DNA from: Candidatus Cloacimonadales bacterium
GTDB taxonomy: Bacteria > Cloacimonadota > Cloacimonadia > Cloacimonadales > JAIOQZ01
DNA: 64,000 nt
Direction: 5' to 3'
Assembly: GCA_963674825.1 (NCBI GenBank)
Contig: OY771587.1
Location: 1,120,001 to 1,184,000 of the forward strand
Shown in pieces: positions 49,870-60,198 of this stretch; within the stretch, counting starts at the first letter, position 1; every line of letters begins with the position of its first letter. Made by a program: the position numbers and the translations under genes. Below the pieces are notes generated by a model. The model worked only from the letters and a program-made list of their open reading frames with translations, did not search any database and had not been told where the DNA came from.

Positions 49870-50030
49870 TTTTCGGCTCTCGCGAAGTGAGAACGAAAAC
49901 ATGAGCGTTGTGAATTTGCGCAGCGAATTCATGTTAGCGGAGATATTTTCGACAATCTCCTTTCGCAAAGCGAAATAGCGAAAGTGGATCGTTGGATTGT
50001 TTCATCGGCTTTGACGCAGTCAAAACGAAA
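49870..50030. repeat. Cluster of GNA-loop hairpin repeats (REP-like), copy 2
   Basis: TCGGC-TCTCGC-GAA-GTGAGA-ACGA; TGAATTTGC-GCA-GCGAATTCA; CCTTTCGCAAAGCGAAATAGCGAAAGTGGA; TCGGC-TTTGAC-GCA-GTCAAA-ACGA. Confidence 0.75.
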
Positions 50031-50036
50031 ATATAC

Positions 50037-50072
50037 AAGCTCCCATGCCCTCAGCGGTGTGGGAGCTTTTTT
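50037..50072 (+). terminator. Rho-independent terminator
   Basis: AAGCTCCCA...TGGGAGCTT followed by a T run. Confidence 0.75.
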
Positions 50073-50138
50073 CAAAATGAATAGTTGACATTTCGAACAA
50101 ATCAACCAGACTGCGACCAGAAAAATGCAGGAAGCAAC

Positions 50139-51122
50139 ATGAAATACCGTATCATCATCTTGCTGGCTGTAATTGCGGCCGCTGTCACCTCTTGCACGAG
50201 CCCGACCGAGGCCTCCCCCGCCGTACATAATCATTACAAACTTGGAATCTACAATATCGATGAGGACTCCCTTACAATTATCAAAGATTTCGGCAATATT
50301 GAAGCTATTGACGAACCTCACTACGCCCTCTTCCACCCTGACGGCAGCAAGATCGTGTATTACATGCAAGGTAGCCTGTATGCCATCGACATCGACGGGA
50401 GCGACGAAACCAACATCACCGGCGATCTCGTGGTCGATGCAGACTTCCCCTTCGCAGCCGAAGACTGTGTTTATTTCGCCGCCTACAACGGCGACCTGCG
50501 CGACATCTACCGGACATCCTGGGACGGCTCCACAACCACCAACCTCACCAACACACCCGAAATCGACGAACATCAACCTTACTTGGATCCAAACAATGAA
50601 AAATTTCTGTGTGTCGCAACGAAGGATGCAATGGAGATAATTCAAGAATACGACCTATCGACAAGCTCAGTTGCTTGTGTTTATACGAGTCATGTTTTAG
50701 CACTTCACTACCCAGGATACCATCCGACAAAAAGCGCCCAACTCTTTTACTATGGAGATAATATGAGTATGCTTGACGAAAATACAGATTCGCTACAGAT
50801 TATTGCCACAAATCCCAATCCCCCAATAAGCGGCCAGCTTTCATTTAACACAAAATATAGCTGCCTATTCTACACAAGCGGCTACCTATACAAGCTTAAT
50901 ATTGAAACAAATGAATGTTCTGAAGTAACCCACTCAATACGATCCGTAAGATATCCTACAACCTCCGAGGAAAGTGATTGGATAAGCATATATAGTTGGG
51001 ACAGAAAAGCCATACTTATTATAAATATTGTTGACATAAGCGAAATAATCGAAATACATAATGGCTATTTCTCGAGTTTATCAAACCACACCAACTCAGC
51101 CCTGATTCTGCTCAACAATTAA
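50139..51122 (+). CDS. TolB-like beta-propeller lipoprotein
   Basis: VTSC lipobox, 'FHPDGSKIVY', 'DIDGSDETNIT', 'WDGSTTTNLT'. Confidence 0.75.
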   Translation: MKYRIIILLAVIAAAVTSCTSPTEASPAVHNHYKLGIYNIDEDSLTIIKDFGNIEAIDEPHYALFHPDGSKIVYYMQGSLYAIDIDGSDETNITGDLVVDADFPFAAEDCVYFAAYNGDLRDIYRTSWDGSTTTNLTNTPEIDEHQPYLDPNNEKFLCVATKDAMEIIQEYDLSTSSVACVYTSHVLALHYPGYHPTKSAQLFYYGDNMSMLDENTDSLQIIATNPNPPISGQLSFNTKYSCLFYTSGYLYKLNIETNECSEVTHSIRSVRYPTTSEESDWISIYSWDRKAILIINIVDISEIIEIHNGYFSSLSNHTNSALILLNN

Positions 51123-51146
51123 CCCCCCACTCCAAAGGAGAGTACA

Positions 51147-51281
51147 ATGAAATTGATAATTACCATATTTGCGTTAATGTGTTCGGTGTCGATACTTCTC
51201 TCTCAAATCTGCAATGAACTCCCATCCTCCCGTGTTTCTGTGGATGAATGGCAATCGATGAAAGTCGATTTTTATCGATGA
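51147..51281 (+). pseudogene. Short ORF (44 aa) consisting mostly of a signal peptide; probable truncated secreted-protein gene
   Basis: AAGGAG RBS; MKLIITIFALMCSVSILLSQICNELPSSRVSVDEWQSMKVDFYR*. Confidence 0.4.
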
Positions 51282-51464
51282 CAAGAATACAGAAATAGTC
51301 TCGCGTCCCTGTACTATGCCAATTTCTATTCTTCTTCTGTTACGATCCCACAACGTGGGAGCTTTTTTTATGCCTTATCTGGCTCGCGATTGTTTTTTTC
51401 TTGACGCATCCTATTCTTATAATTGATATTATACATATTCAATCTCATGAAGGAGGAGGTACTC

Positions 51465-52799
51465 ATGGTATCAGGTGGACTTGCCTTATTATTTCTACTT
51501 ATAGCCATCGTTTTAATCATTGTACTGACCAGTACGGCGAAAATGAACGCTTTTGTCGTGTTACTCCTTGTCGCAATTCTGTACGGTCTTTCGGTCGGCT
51601 TGCCGCTGGGAGACATCATCACCAATGTCAGAAACGGGTTCGGCGGAACGCTGGGCTACATCGGAATTGTCATTGTCGCGGGAACCATCATCGGCACCAT
51701 CTTGGAGAAGACCGGCGCCGCGATCTCGATGACCAATGCAATTCTGAAAATCGTTGGTAAGAAAAACTCGCCCCTGGCAATGAGCATTGCCGGTTACGTC
51801 GTATCAATCCCCGTGTTCTGCGACTCGGGCTACGTGATTTTGACACCGCTCAACAAAGCGCTGGCGCAAAAGACAGGCCGCTCCATGGCGGTGATGGCGG
51901 TCGCCCTCTCAACGGGTCTCTATGCCACACACTGCCTTGTGCCGCCCACACCGGGCCCCATCGCGGCAGCCGGTATCCTCGGCGCGGAATTGGGGCAGGT
52001 TATCCTCTGGGGTATTATTGTTTCCATTCCGGGTATGTTCGCCGGCTATATCTGGGCGATCACCGTTGCAAAGCGCTTTGAAATCACGCCTGTCCTGGAG
52101 GAAACCTACGACAGTCTCATGACCAAGTACGGCAAGCTGCCATCGGCATTCCTCTCCTTCCTTCCGCTCCTTGTACCAATTATCCTCATCTTGCTCAAGT
52201 CGCTTGCAAACCCCAAACTCGGTATCATGTCCGAAGGTGGATTCGCGAACTTCCTCAACTTCATCGGTGACCCCGTTACCGCGCTGCTCATCGGCGTATT
52301 CCTGGCATTACTGCTGGTCAAGAAGGAAGACCTCGGCGCAGCCGTTAGCGACTGGATGGGACACGGCGTCAAAAGCGCAGCACTGATCTTGGCGATCACC
52401 GGTGCCGGCGGAGCTTTCGGGTCGATCCTGAAGGCATCTCCTATGGCTGGGTTCCTCGGCGACACCATGTCTGGCTGGAACCTGGGCATCTTCCTGCCGT
52501 TCATCATCGCGGCAGCACTCAAGACCGCGCAGGGATCGTCAACCGTAGCGATCATCACCACATCTTCCATCATGGCGCCCCTGATGACCGGTCTCGGACT
52601 CCAACCCGCGCTTACCGTTCTCGCGATCGGTGCCGGCGCAATGACCGTCAGTCACGCGAACGACTCCTATTTCTGGGTTGTCAGCCAGTTCAGCGACATG
52701 AAAGTATCGGTGGCCTACCGGGCCTACACATCAGCGACGCTCATCCTGGGTATCGTATCCATTATCTGCGTCGCAATCCTGTCGATCTTCATTCACTAA
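51465..52799 (+). CDS. GntP family permease (gluconate/glycerate type)
   Basis: 'IPVFCDSG', 'PPTPGP', 'LKTAQGSSTVA', 'SHANDSYFWVV'. Adjacent to glycerate kinase. Confidence 0.93.
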   Translation: MVSGGLALLFLLIAIVLIIVLTSTAKMNAFVVLLLVAILYGLSVGLPLGDIITNVRNGFGGTLGYIGIVIVAGTIIGTILEKTGAAISMTNAILKIVGKKNSPLAMSIAGYVVSIPVFCDSGYVILTPLNKALAQKTGRSMAVMAVALSTGLYATHCLVPPTPGPIAAAGILGAELGQVILWGIIVSIPGMFAGYIWAITVAKRFEITPVLEETYDSLMTKYGKLPSAFLSFLPLLVPIILILLKSLANPKLGIMSEGGFANFLNFIGDPVTALLIGVFLALLLVKKEDLGAAVSDWMGHGVKSAALILAITGAGGAFGSILKASPMAGFLGDTMSGWNLGIFLPFIIAAALKTAQGSSTVAIITTSSIMAPLMTGLGLQPALTVLAIGAGAMTVSHANDSYFWVVSQFSDMKVSVAYRAYTSATLILGIVSIICVAILSIFIH

Positions 52800-52849
52800 A
52801 TTATATAAGCGCCCCGCGGTTACCAGCTGCGGGGCGAATCTTCAACACA

Positions 52850-53506
52850 ATGAGCATATTCGACTCAATCCATCTCGCATGGTGGAAACGCCGTGCCTTG
52901 AATACCTTCGTTTCAGGCCAGCATGAAGCCGCACTGAAGTACTTCTCCCTCATCAAGAATCGTTGGCCCGACTTCCCCGGAATCGATTACAACCTCGGGC
53001 TGACCGCGCTTGCGCTGGGACGATTTCAGCAGGCAGAGGCGTATCTTCTGGACGCACGCAAGCACGATTCATCGTACGCGGTGCTGCGCGCCCTCGCTGA
53101 TCTGTACTACTTCAGCGGCGACCGTAAAACGGCAATTACATCATACAAGGAAGCGAAACGAGAGGTCCCGCAGGCCAAGGAAAAGAAGATGATCGAGAAG
53201 CGGATTGCCACATGCGGGGATGCTGTGAAATACCGGCTGGCACAGCAAGGCTGGGAGGCATTCAATCGGGCAGTTGAGATGGAAAAGCAAGGCAAGAAGG
53301 ACGAAGCCGCCACACTTTACGAAGAGGCTCTCCGTATGGATGAAACCAACTTTATCGCGGCCAACAACCTTGGCGGCTACTGCATGAATCAACTGTCGGA
53401 TTATCCACGCGCACTCAGCTTCTTCCGGGCAGCGGACGCGCTCGCGGATCATCCGGTAGTCAAGACCAACATCGCCAAACTGCAACAACTATTGGAGGCA
53501 TCATGA
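52850..53506 (+). CDS. TPR-repeat protein
   Basis: TPR-like 'YNLGLTALALGRFQQA', 'AANNLG'. Confidence 0.8.
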   Translation: MSIFDSIHLAWWKRRALNTFVSGQHEAALKYFSLIKNRWPDFPGIDYNLGLTALALGRFQQAEAYLLDARKHDSSYAVLRALADLYYFSGDRKTAITSYKEAKREVPQAKEKKMIEKRIATCGDAVKYRLAQQGWEAFNRAVEMEKQGKKDEAATLYEEALRMDETNFIAANNLGGYCMNQLSDYPRALSFFRAADALADHPVVKTNIAKLQQLLEAS

Positions 53507-54855
53507 ACGATAAACTCGATCAAATCTTCCGAGCCGCACTGGAGCGCGTAGATCCCTATCTCATGCTGAAAAACGGGATCAGCCTCGAAAACGACACCCT
53601 TTGCGTAACCACCGAGCAGGAGAGCAAGAGCTTCAACCTCACCCAATTCGAGCGCATTATCGTGATCGGTACCGGCAAAGCCTCCTCAGTCATGGCCAAG
53701 GCAATCGAAGATATCCTGGGTGACCGGCTCGACGGCGGATTGATCAGCACCAAGTACGGCTTTGGTCAGGAACTCAAGCGGATCGAGATTATCGAAGCGG
53801 GGCATCCCGTTCCTGACGACAACAGCGCCATGGCCGCGAAGCGCATCGCCGAAATCGCCCGTAACGCCGACGAGAAAACGCTGGTTTTGTGCTTGATCTC
53901 CGGGGGTGGCTCGGCCCTGATGGCTGCTCCTTACGAGGACGAACGAACCCGGCTGAGTCTGGCCGACAAGCAGAACGTAACCAAGACGCTGCTCGCTTGT
54001 GGAGCGGATATCACCGAGATCAACTGCATGCGCAAGCACCTCTCGCTGGTCAAGGGCGGCAGGTTGGCTCAACTGCTCTATCCAGCCACAACCATCTGCC
54101 TGATCCTCTCCGATGTAGTCGGCGATAGCCTCGATACCATTGCCTCCGGGCCGACAGCTCCCGACGCATCGACCTTCCAGCAGGCGGATTCGATCATCCG
54201 CAAGTACGACATCCGCGAAGAGCTTCCGCCTCCGGCACGTCTGCTCCTGGAGCGTGGCGTAGCCGGCGACGCACCCGATACGCCCGATCCCGACAGCGAA
54301 GCCTTCAAGCGGGTAAACAACTTCCTCATCGGCACCAACTACCAGTCGCTGCTGGCAGCCGAACGCAAGGCCTGTGAGCTGGGATTTGACGTGCAGATTC
54401 TCACCGACTGCCTCGAGGGCGAAGCCAAAGAGGCGGCTCGATCGCTCTTCTCCTTAGCGCGGTACCATTGCCGGTATGGCGTGGAGAGGTCGCTGCTGCT
54501 GATCTTCGGTGGCGAGACGACCGTCACTCTCAGTCCCGACCACGGCAAGGGTGGACGCAACCAGGAGATGGCGCTGGCATTCCTGAACGAGCTCAAGCGC
54601 GCCGGATCCGCCATGCACGCCGCCACGCTGCTTGCTGCATCCACGGACGGCAATGACGGCCCGACCGACGCAGCCGGTGCCTGGGCCTCGCTGGATATCC
54701 TGCACAAAGCTGCTGACGCCGGGGTCGATCCCGCAGAATACCTCAAGCGCCACGACGCCTATCATTTCTACAACGCGATCGACGCCCTCTACAAGACCGG
54801 CCCCACACGCACCAATGTCGGCGACATCCAGTTGCTGCTGATCGAAAGGGAGTGA
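53503..54855 (+). CDS. Glycerate 2-kinase / MOFRL family (TtuD/GckA-like)
   Basis: 'GKA', 'GHPVPD', 'LISGGGSAL', 'GGETTV', 'GGRNQE', 'TDGNDG', 'TNVGD'. Confidence 0.93.
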   Translation: MNDKLDQIFRAALERVDPYLMLKNGISLENDTLCVTTEQESKSFNLTQFERIIVIGTGKASSVMAKAIEDILGDRLDGGLISTKYGFGQELKRIEIIEAGHPVPDDNSAMAAKRIAEIARNADEKTLVLCLISGGGSALMAAPYEDERTRLSLADKQNVTKTLLACGADITEINCMRKHLSLVKGGRLAQLLYPATTICLILSDVVGDSLDTIASGPTAPDASTFQQADSIIRKYDIREELPPPARLLLERGVAGDAPDTPDPDSEAFKRVNNFLIGTNYQSLLAAERKACELGFDVQILTDCLEGEAKEAARSLFSLARYHCRYGVERSLLLIFGGETTVTLSPDHGKGGRNQEMALAFLNELKRAGSAMHAATLLAASTDGNDGPTDAAGAWASLDILHKAADAGVDPAEYLKRHDAYHFYNAIDALYKTGPTRTNVGDIQLLLIERE

Positions 54856-55088
54856 TGGCTCGTTTTTTTACAAAATAACCGTGTCATTGAGGGGATTCCT
54901 GGTTTTGCGTTCCTTAAAACCAACAACTGAGCGGAGTCGAAGGACAAACGGTTGAAAACGTATTCAAACAGGCATCAACCCATAATCACTCAAAATAGAA
55001 GGGTATGCCTGCCAAACACAAAAGTTCTTGCCAAAACCATCCGTGTTGCAAAAATGGAACTCGAACTACACGCAACGAGGTGAACAGC

Positions 55089-57086
55089 ATGGATCGTTTT
55101 CAAATCGTATCGAAGTACCAACCCACCGGCGACCAGCCACAGGCGATCGAAGAGCTCGTTTCCGGGCTCAATAGCGGACTGAAGCACCAAACCCTGCTGG
55201 GCGTCACCGGCTCGGGAAAGACCTTCACCATCGCTAACGTGGTGGAGAAAATCAACCGGCCCACGCTGGTCATCTCGCACAACAAAACCCTCGCGGCGCA
55301 GCTCTACGGCGAATTCAAGCAGCTCTTCCCAAACAACGCCGTCGAGTACTTCATCAGCTACTACGACTACTATCAGCCCGAAGCCTACATCCCCGGTCGT
55401 GACCTCTACATCGAGAAGGATTCCGACATCAATAAGGAGATCGAGATGCTTCGCCTTCGCGCCACCATGTCCCTGATGGAACGGCGCGACGTGCTGATCG
55501 TGGCCAGCGTCTCCTGCATTTACGGCCTGGGCGTGCCGGAAGACTATCGCAACGCCCTCATCCGCATCCGCAAGGGTGACCAGATCGACCGCGACGAAAT
55601 GCTCCTCCGCCTGGTGCGTATACATTACGGACGCAACGACGTTGCCTTCGAGCGCGGCTGCTTCCGCGTGCAGGGCGATACCGTCGACATCTACCCCGCC
55701 TACATGGAACACTCTGTGCGGGTGGAGTTCTTCGGCGACGAAATCGAACGCATCCAGCGCATCAACCCCATCGACAACCACGTCATCGAAGAGGTGGACG
55801 AATACCCCATCTACCCGGCGAACCACTTTATCACCGGCGAGGACTCGCTCGAGAGCGCCATGTGCACCATCGAATCCGAGATGAACGAGCGCGTGAAATA
55901 CTTCCTCGATCGCAATATGTTCGTGGAAGCACAGCGTATCGAACAGCGCACCAAATTCGACATGGAGATGCTCAAGGAAATCGGCTTCTGCAGCGGTATC
56001 GAGAACTACAGCCGGCACCTCACTGGAGCCAAGCCCGGCGATCCGCCCTACTGCCTGCTCGACTACTTCCCTAAGGATTTCCTGATCGTCATCGACGAAT
56101 CGCACGCGACCCTGCCACAGGTGCATGCCATGTACGGCGGCGACTACACCCGTAAGAAAAACCTCGTCGAATACGGGTTCCGGCTGCCGTCCGCCTTCGA
56201 TAACCGTCCGCTCAAATTCCCCGAGTTCGAGAACCACATTAACCAGGTAATCTACGTCTCCGCCACCCCAGGCGACTACGAGATGGAGAAGACCGAGGGC
56301 GTCTTCACGGAGCAGGTGATCCGTCCCACCGGACTGCTCGATCCCGAAATCGAGATCAAACCAATCGCCACCCAGGTGGATGACCTTCTGGAGCAGATTC
56401 GCCAGCGAACCGCGAAGAAAGAGAAAGTGCTGGTCACGACCCTCACCAAACGAATGGCGGAAGATCTCTCCACTTACCTCACCAACGCCGGCGTCAACGC
56501 GCGTTACATGCATAGCGAAGTCGATACCATCGAGCGCTCCAAGATCATCCGCGATCTGCGCCTGGGTGAGTTCGACGTGCTGGTGGGGATCAACCTCCTG
56601 CGTGAGGGACTCGACCTGCCGGAAGTATCGCTCGTGGGCATCCTGGACGCAGACAAGATCGGGTTCCTGCGCTCAACGCGATCGTTGATCCAAACCGCCG
56701 GACGTGCAGCGCGTAACGTGAACGGAAAAGTCATCTTCTACGCTGACAAGATTACGCCGGCGATCAAGGAGACCGTCGAGGAGACCAACCGGCGCCGCGA
56801 AAAGCAGATCGCCTACAATATCGAGCACGGCATCACACCCAAGACCATCCTCAAGAGCATCGAGGATATCATGCTCTCGACGAGTGTGGCCGAAGGTTAC
56901 AAGGAAAAGGGTGCAAAACAGGAGAAGAAGCCCGACCGCGCCGAGTTCGAAGAATACCTGCACCTCGATTCGAAGGAAAAGATACTCAACCTGCTCAAGA
57001 AAGAGATGCAGCGTGCTGCACAGAGCCTCGATTTCGAAAAAGCCGCCGAACTGCGCGACCGCATCTACGAATTGCAGGAGATGTAG
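55089..57086 (+). CDS. uvrB: Excinuclease ABC subunit B
   Basis: 'GDQPQAI', 'GVTGSGKT', '[10 protein letters not shown]', 'DESH', '[10 protein letters not shown]', C-terminal UVR domain. Confidence 0.98.
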   Translation: MDRFQIVSKYQPTGDQPQAIEELVSGLNSGLKHQTLLGVTGSGKTFTIANVVEKINRPTLVISHNKTLAAQLYGEFKQLFPNNAVEYFISYYDYYQPEAYIPGRDLYIEKDSDINKEIEMLRLRATMSLMERRDVLIVASVSCIYGLGVPEDYRNALIRIRKGDQIDRDEMLLRLVRIHYGRNDVAFERGCFRVQGDTVDIYPAYMEHSVRVEFFGDEIERIQRINPIDNHVIEEVDEYPIYPANHFITGEDSLESAMCTIESEMNERVKYFLDRNMFVEAQRIEQRTKFDMEMLKEIGFCSGIENYSRHLTGAKPGDPPYCLLDYFPKDFLIVIDESHATLPQVHAMYGGDYTRKKNLVEYGFRLPSAFDNRPLKFPEFENHINQVIYVSATPGDYEMEKTEGVFTEQVIRPTGLLDPEIEIKPIATQVDDLLEQIRQRTAKKEKVLVTTLTKRMAEDLSTYLTNAGVNARYMHSEVDTIERSKIIRDLRLGEFDVLVGINLLREGLDLPEVSLVGILDADKIGFLRSTRSLIQTAGRAARNVNGKVIFYADKITPAIKETVEETNRRREKQIAYNIEHGITPKTILKSIEDIMLSTSVAEGYKEKGAKQEKKPDRAEFEEYLHLDSKEKILNLLKKEMQRAAQSLDFEKAAELRDRIYELQEM

Positions 57087-57186
57087 GCCTCGCTCGAATT
57101 TCTCATCCGCAATCAACAAAGCTTCTTGACGAGATCGTGCGCGTTCTTCATATTTAACGAAAATGCATCAACCTGTGGAGCGCTGC

Positions 57187-58641
57187 ATGAAATTCCCATG
57201 TATCATACTGTTACTGTTGTACCTGTTTTGCTCAAGTGGCCTTAATGCCAGCATCGAAGATAAAATCAATGAAGAATATGCGACCACTTACAAGAACGCT
57301 TTCAAGGGTGACCCGGAAGCTGAATATAATGTCGGTATGTATTATATGCAGGGCAATTACGTAGAGAAGAACCCTTCGGTAGGACTTGAATGGTTGGAAA
57401 AAGCGGCAGAGCAAGGCTATGTAAATGCACAGCACGATCTTGGCTACTATCTGCTGTTCTCGTCAGAGGTTGCGCACGATTTTGATCGAGGTTTCTACTG
57501 GACGAAGAAAGCGGCAGAACAGGACTTTCCCATGTCTGTTAACAACCTTGGCGTGTGCTATCAAAACGGATATGGCGTGGAGATCGATTTTGACGAAGCG
57601 AACAAATATTTCCGGAAAGCAGCCAAACTGAACAACGCGAATTCAATGATGCTCCTGGGTTATAACTATTATAGCGGACTTGGCGTTGAGCAGGATTACG
57701 AAAAAGCACGGAAATACTATCAATGGGCCAGTGATCGCGATAACACCACGGCCCAGTATTTTCTTGGCGAGATGTACGCCGATGGCGTTGGCGTAGAGCA
57801 GGATTTCGGCAAAGCATACAGCCTGTTGATCAAGGCTTCTCTCGCCGGAGATACTGATGCCCAGTTCAAGCTGGCTACTATGATGGACAATGGGGAAGGC
57901 ATTGAGAAGAACGAGGTAGGTGCCTTTACGTGGTACAAAGCCGCCGCGAAACATGGACATCGAGGCGCAAAAACAACCGTTGGCGTTTGTTACTATAATG
58001 GAAGCGGTACTGAGAAAAATTACCCCCTCGCGTTGAAATGGACGGAAGAAGCTGCGAGTGAGGGATCGATTCAAGCGACCCACAACCTCGGTGTTTTCTA
58101 TAAGGACGGCGACGCCGTCGAGCAGAATCTTGAAAAAGCGTTCGAGTACTTCAAAACCGCCTCGGACAGTGGACACGCGGGTTCCACGTACCAGATGGGA
58201 ATGTGCTATCTTGATGGAAGCGGCACCAATCAAGATCAGGAAAAAGCCGTCGACTACATGATGAAGGCTATCGAGCTGGATCTTCCCATAGCATACACCC
58301 GTATGGGCCAGTTATATGAAAAGGGGTGGGGCGTTCCAAAAGATGAGCAGAAGGCGTTCGAATGGTACACCAAAGCTGCCGAGAAGGACAGCCCTGAAGG
58401 GAAACGTCGTTTGGGCAAATGCTACGATAACGGCATCGGTGTCGAGAAGAATAAATCCATCGCCACACGTTGGTATCAGCGTGCCAGAAGAGACGGTTAC
58501 TACTATCTTGACGAAGAGTACGATGATTTCGAGAAAAGGGATCAATATCGGTCCCTCCTCATTACATTTGCCAAAATCTTCGGTGTACAATTTCTGATCG
58601 CAATTATTGCCGTTGCTATTTACCGAATTCGAAAGAGGTAG
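57187..58641 (+). CDS. Sel1-repeat protein with signal peptide and C-terminal TM anchor
   Basis: About 11 SLRs of the form 'AQYxLGxxYxxGxGVEQD...W..KAA'. Confidence 0.9.
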   Translation: MKFPCIILLLLYLFCSSGLNASIEDKINEEYATTYKNAFKGDPEAEYNVGMYYMQGNYVEKNPSVGLEWLEKAAEQGYVNAQHDLGYYLLFSSEVAHDFDRGFYWTKKAAEQDFPMSVNNLGVCYQNGYGVEIDFDEANKYFRKAAKLNNANSMMLLGYNYYSGLGVEQDYEKARKYYQWASDRDNTTAQYFLGEMYADGVGVEQDFGKAYSLLIKASLAGDTDAQFKLATMMDNGEGIEKNEVGAFTWYKAAAKHGHRGAKTTVGVCYYNGSGTEKNYPLALKWTEEAASEGSIQATHNLGVFYKDGDAVEQNLEKAFEYFKTASDSGHAGSTYQMGMCYLDGSGTNQDQEKAVDYMMKAIELDLPIAYTRMGQLYEKGWGVPKDEQKAFEWYTKAAEKDSPEGKRRLGKCYDNGIGVEKNKSIATRWYQRARRDGYYYLDEEYDDFEKRDQYRSLLITFAKIFGVQFLIAIIAVAIYRIRKR

Positions 58642-58644
58642 TTC

Positions 58645-60198
58645 ATGAAGATCATTGCACGCTCGCTGCTTTGTCTGATCATTCTGACAGGAGTCGTTTC
58701 GAACCTGTTCAGCCAGATCAACGTCGATGATTTCTACACGTCGTCAAGCCAGGATTCGCTGAAAGAGCAATACATGCTCGCGTGTTACATGTTCGAACAA
58801 TCGGCGGATGAAGAAGACCTCTCCGCTGCGTTCCAAGCGCTCGTCGCTGCGGCTGAAAGCGGCTACAGTATTGCACAGAGTGACCTCGGCGGGTGCTATG
58901 TCGATGGCTTTGGAACAGAAGTCGATTACGAAAAAGCCTTGTACTGGTTTCGTAAATCCGCAGAACAGGGCGAAGCACGCGCGATCTACAACCTCGGCTA
59001 CTGCTATGAAAATGGGCTCGGAGTAGAGAAGAATATCGATGAAGCGCTCGGATATTACCAGGCAGCCGTTGAAATGGGCCAGGAAGATGCCATATTCACC
59101 ATGGGCACAGCATATTATTACGGAACATACGTTGAAAAGGATATCGATAAGGCCCTGCAAATGATCCTCCCATTGGCTGAAAAAGGCATCCCGATTGCAG
59201 AAAACCTTATGGGTGTCATACAAGCCGAAGGTGACTTGGGAGAGCAGGATCTAGACGAAGCGGTGAGATGGTTCAAACTCGCGGCCAGTCATGGATGGTA
59301 TGAAGGGTATTATAATCTGGGAGTAGCCTACGAAAAAGGCTGGAGTGTGGAGCAAAGCTATTCCAACGCCTTCGAGATGTACGAAAAAGCCGCAAGGCTG
59401 GGGCATGCCCAAGCACAGTATTGGGTTGGAGCGTATCTCGATGAAGGCATCGGCGTCGAACAAGATAAAGAGCAAGCCAAGATATGGTATCAACTCGCCG
59501 CTGAACAGGGTTTCGTAAATAAGGAATACATGGATCCCGACACGGATGCTGGGAGAAGAACTGCTCTGCTAACCGTTATCATGGTCACGATTGGTTCATT
59601 TATGCTAATTCTGATTACCTTCTTTGCCTATCGGAACCACCTGAATAAGCGTGAATCTGCATTTCCTGATAAATCGGAGGACCAGAAGCTCTTCGAGGCG
59701 GTCTCGGCCCTTGCCGCTGAAGGTGATGTGGATGCCACGATCATGCCAGGTGATTTGTATGATCAGGGAGTTAGTGTCGAGATAAACCACAGCATGGCTT
59801 GCGAACAATATCGTAAAGCCGCGCACGAAGGCAATCCAAACGCCCAATGGAGATATGGTGGATGCCTGATGCATGGCAAAGGTACCGATAAAAATGATGA
59901 TGAAGCGATAGAATACTTCCGCAAATCGGCAGAGCAGGGCTGCGCGGAAGGGCAATTCCAGCTTGGATTCGCCTATCTGAAGGGAGCAGGCGTGGAAAAA
60001 GATCTCGAGGAAGCAGTCAAATGGTTCAAGCTGGCGGCGGAACATGACCACAAGAAAGCCCAATATTGCCTTGGCCGTTGCTACTCGGGTGGCTTGGGTG
60101 TCGAGCAGAATCACGGGGAGGCGGTCAAGTGGATGCGCAGCGCGACAAAGGCCGGAGCGATGCCGAAGGAAATTACGGATGCATTCGAAACAGAGTAA
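58645..60198 (+). CDS. Sel1-repeat membrane protein, repeats on both sides of a TM helix
   Basis: Signal peptide, SLRs, TM 'ALLTVIMVTIGSFMLILITFFAY', then more SLRs. Confidence 0.88.
   Translation: MKIIARSLLCLIILTGVVSNLFSQINVDDFYTSSSQDSLKEQYMLACYMFEQSADEEDLSAAFQALVAAAESGYSIAQSDLGGCYVDGFGTEVDYEKALYWFRKSAEQGEARAIYNLGYCYENGLGVEKNIDEALGYYQAAVEMGQEDAIFTMGTAYYYGTYVEKDIDKALQMILPLAEKGIPIAENLMGVIQAEGDLGEQDLDEAVRWFKLAASHGWYEGYYNLGVAYEKGWSVEQSYSNAFEMYEKAARLGHAQAQYWVGAYLDEGIGVEQDKEQAKIWYQLAAEQGFVNKEYMDPDTDAGRRTALLTVIMVTIGSFMLILITFFAYRNHLNKRESAFPDKSEDQKLFEAVSALAAEGDVDATIMPGDLYDQGVSVEINHSMACEQYRKAAHEGNPNAQWRYGGCLMHGKGTDKNDDEAIEYFRKSAEQGCAEGQFQLGFAYLKGAGVEKDLEEAVKWFKLAAEHDHKKAQYCLGRCYSGGLGVEQNHGEAVKWMRSATKAGAMPKEITDAFETE

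Noticed and set aside
54883..54943. Possible dispersed repeat (GTCATTGAG...CTGAGCGGAGTCGAAGG)
   Set aside because: Single degenerate copy in this window, so it cannot be supported as a repeat.
54990..56513. 507-aa minus-strand ORF
   Set aside because: Antisense shadow of uvrB.
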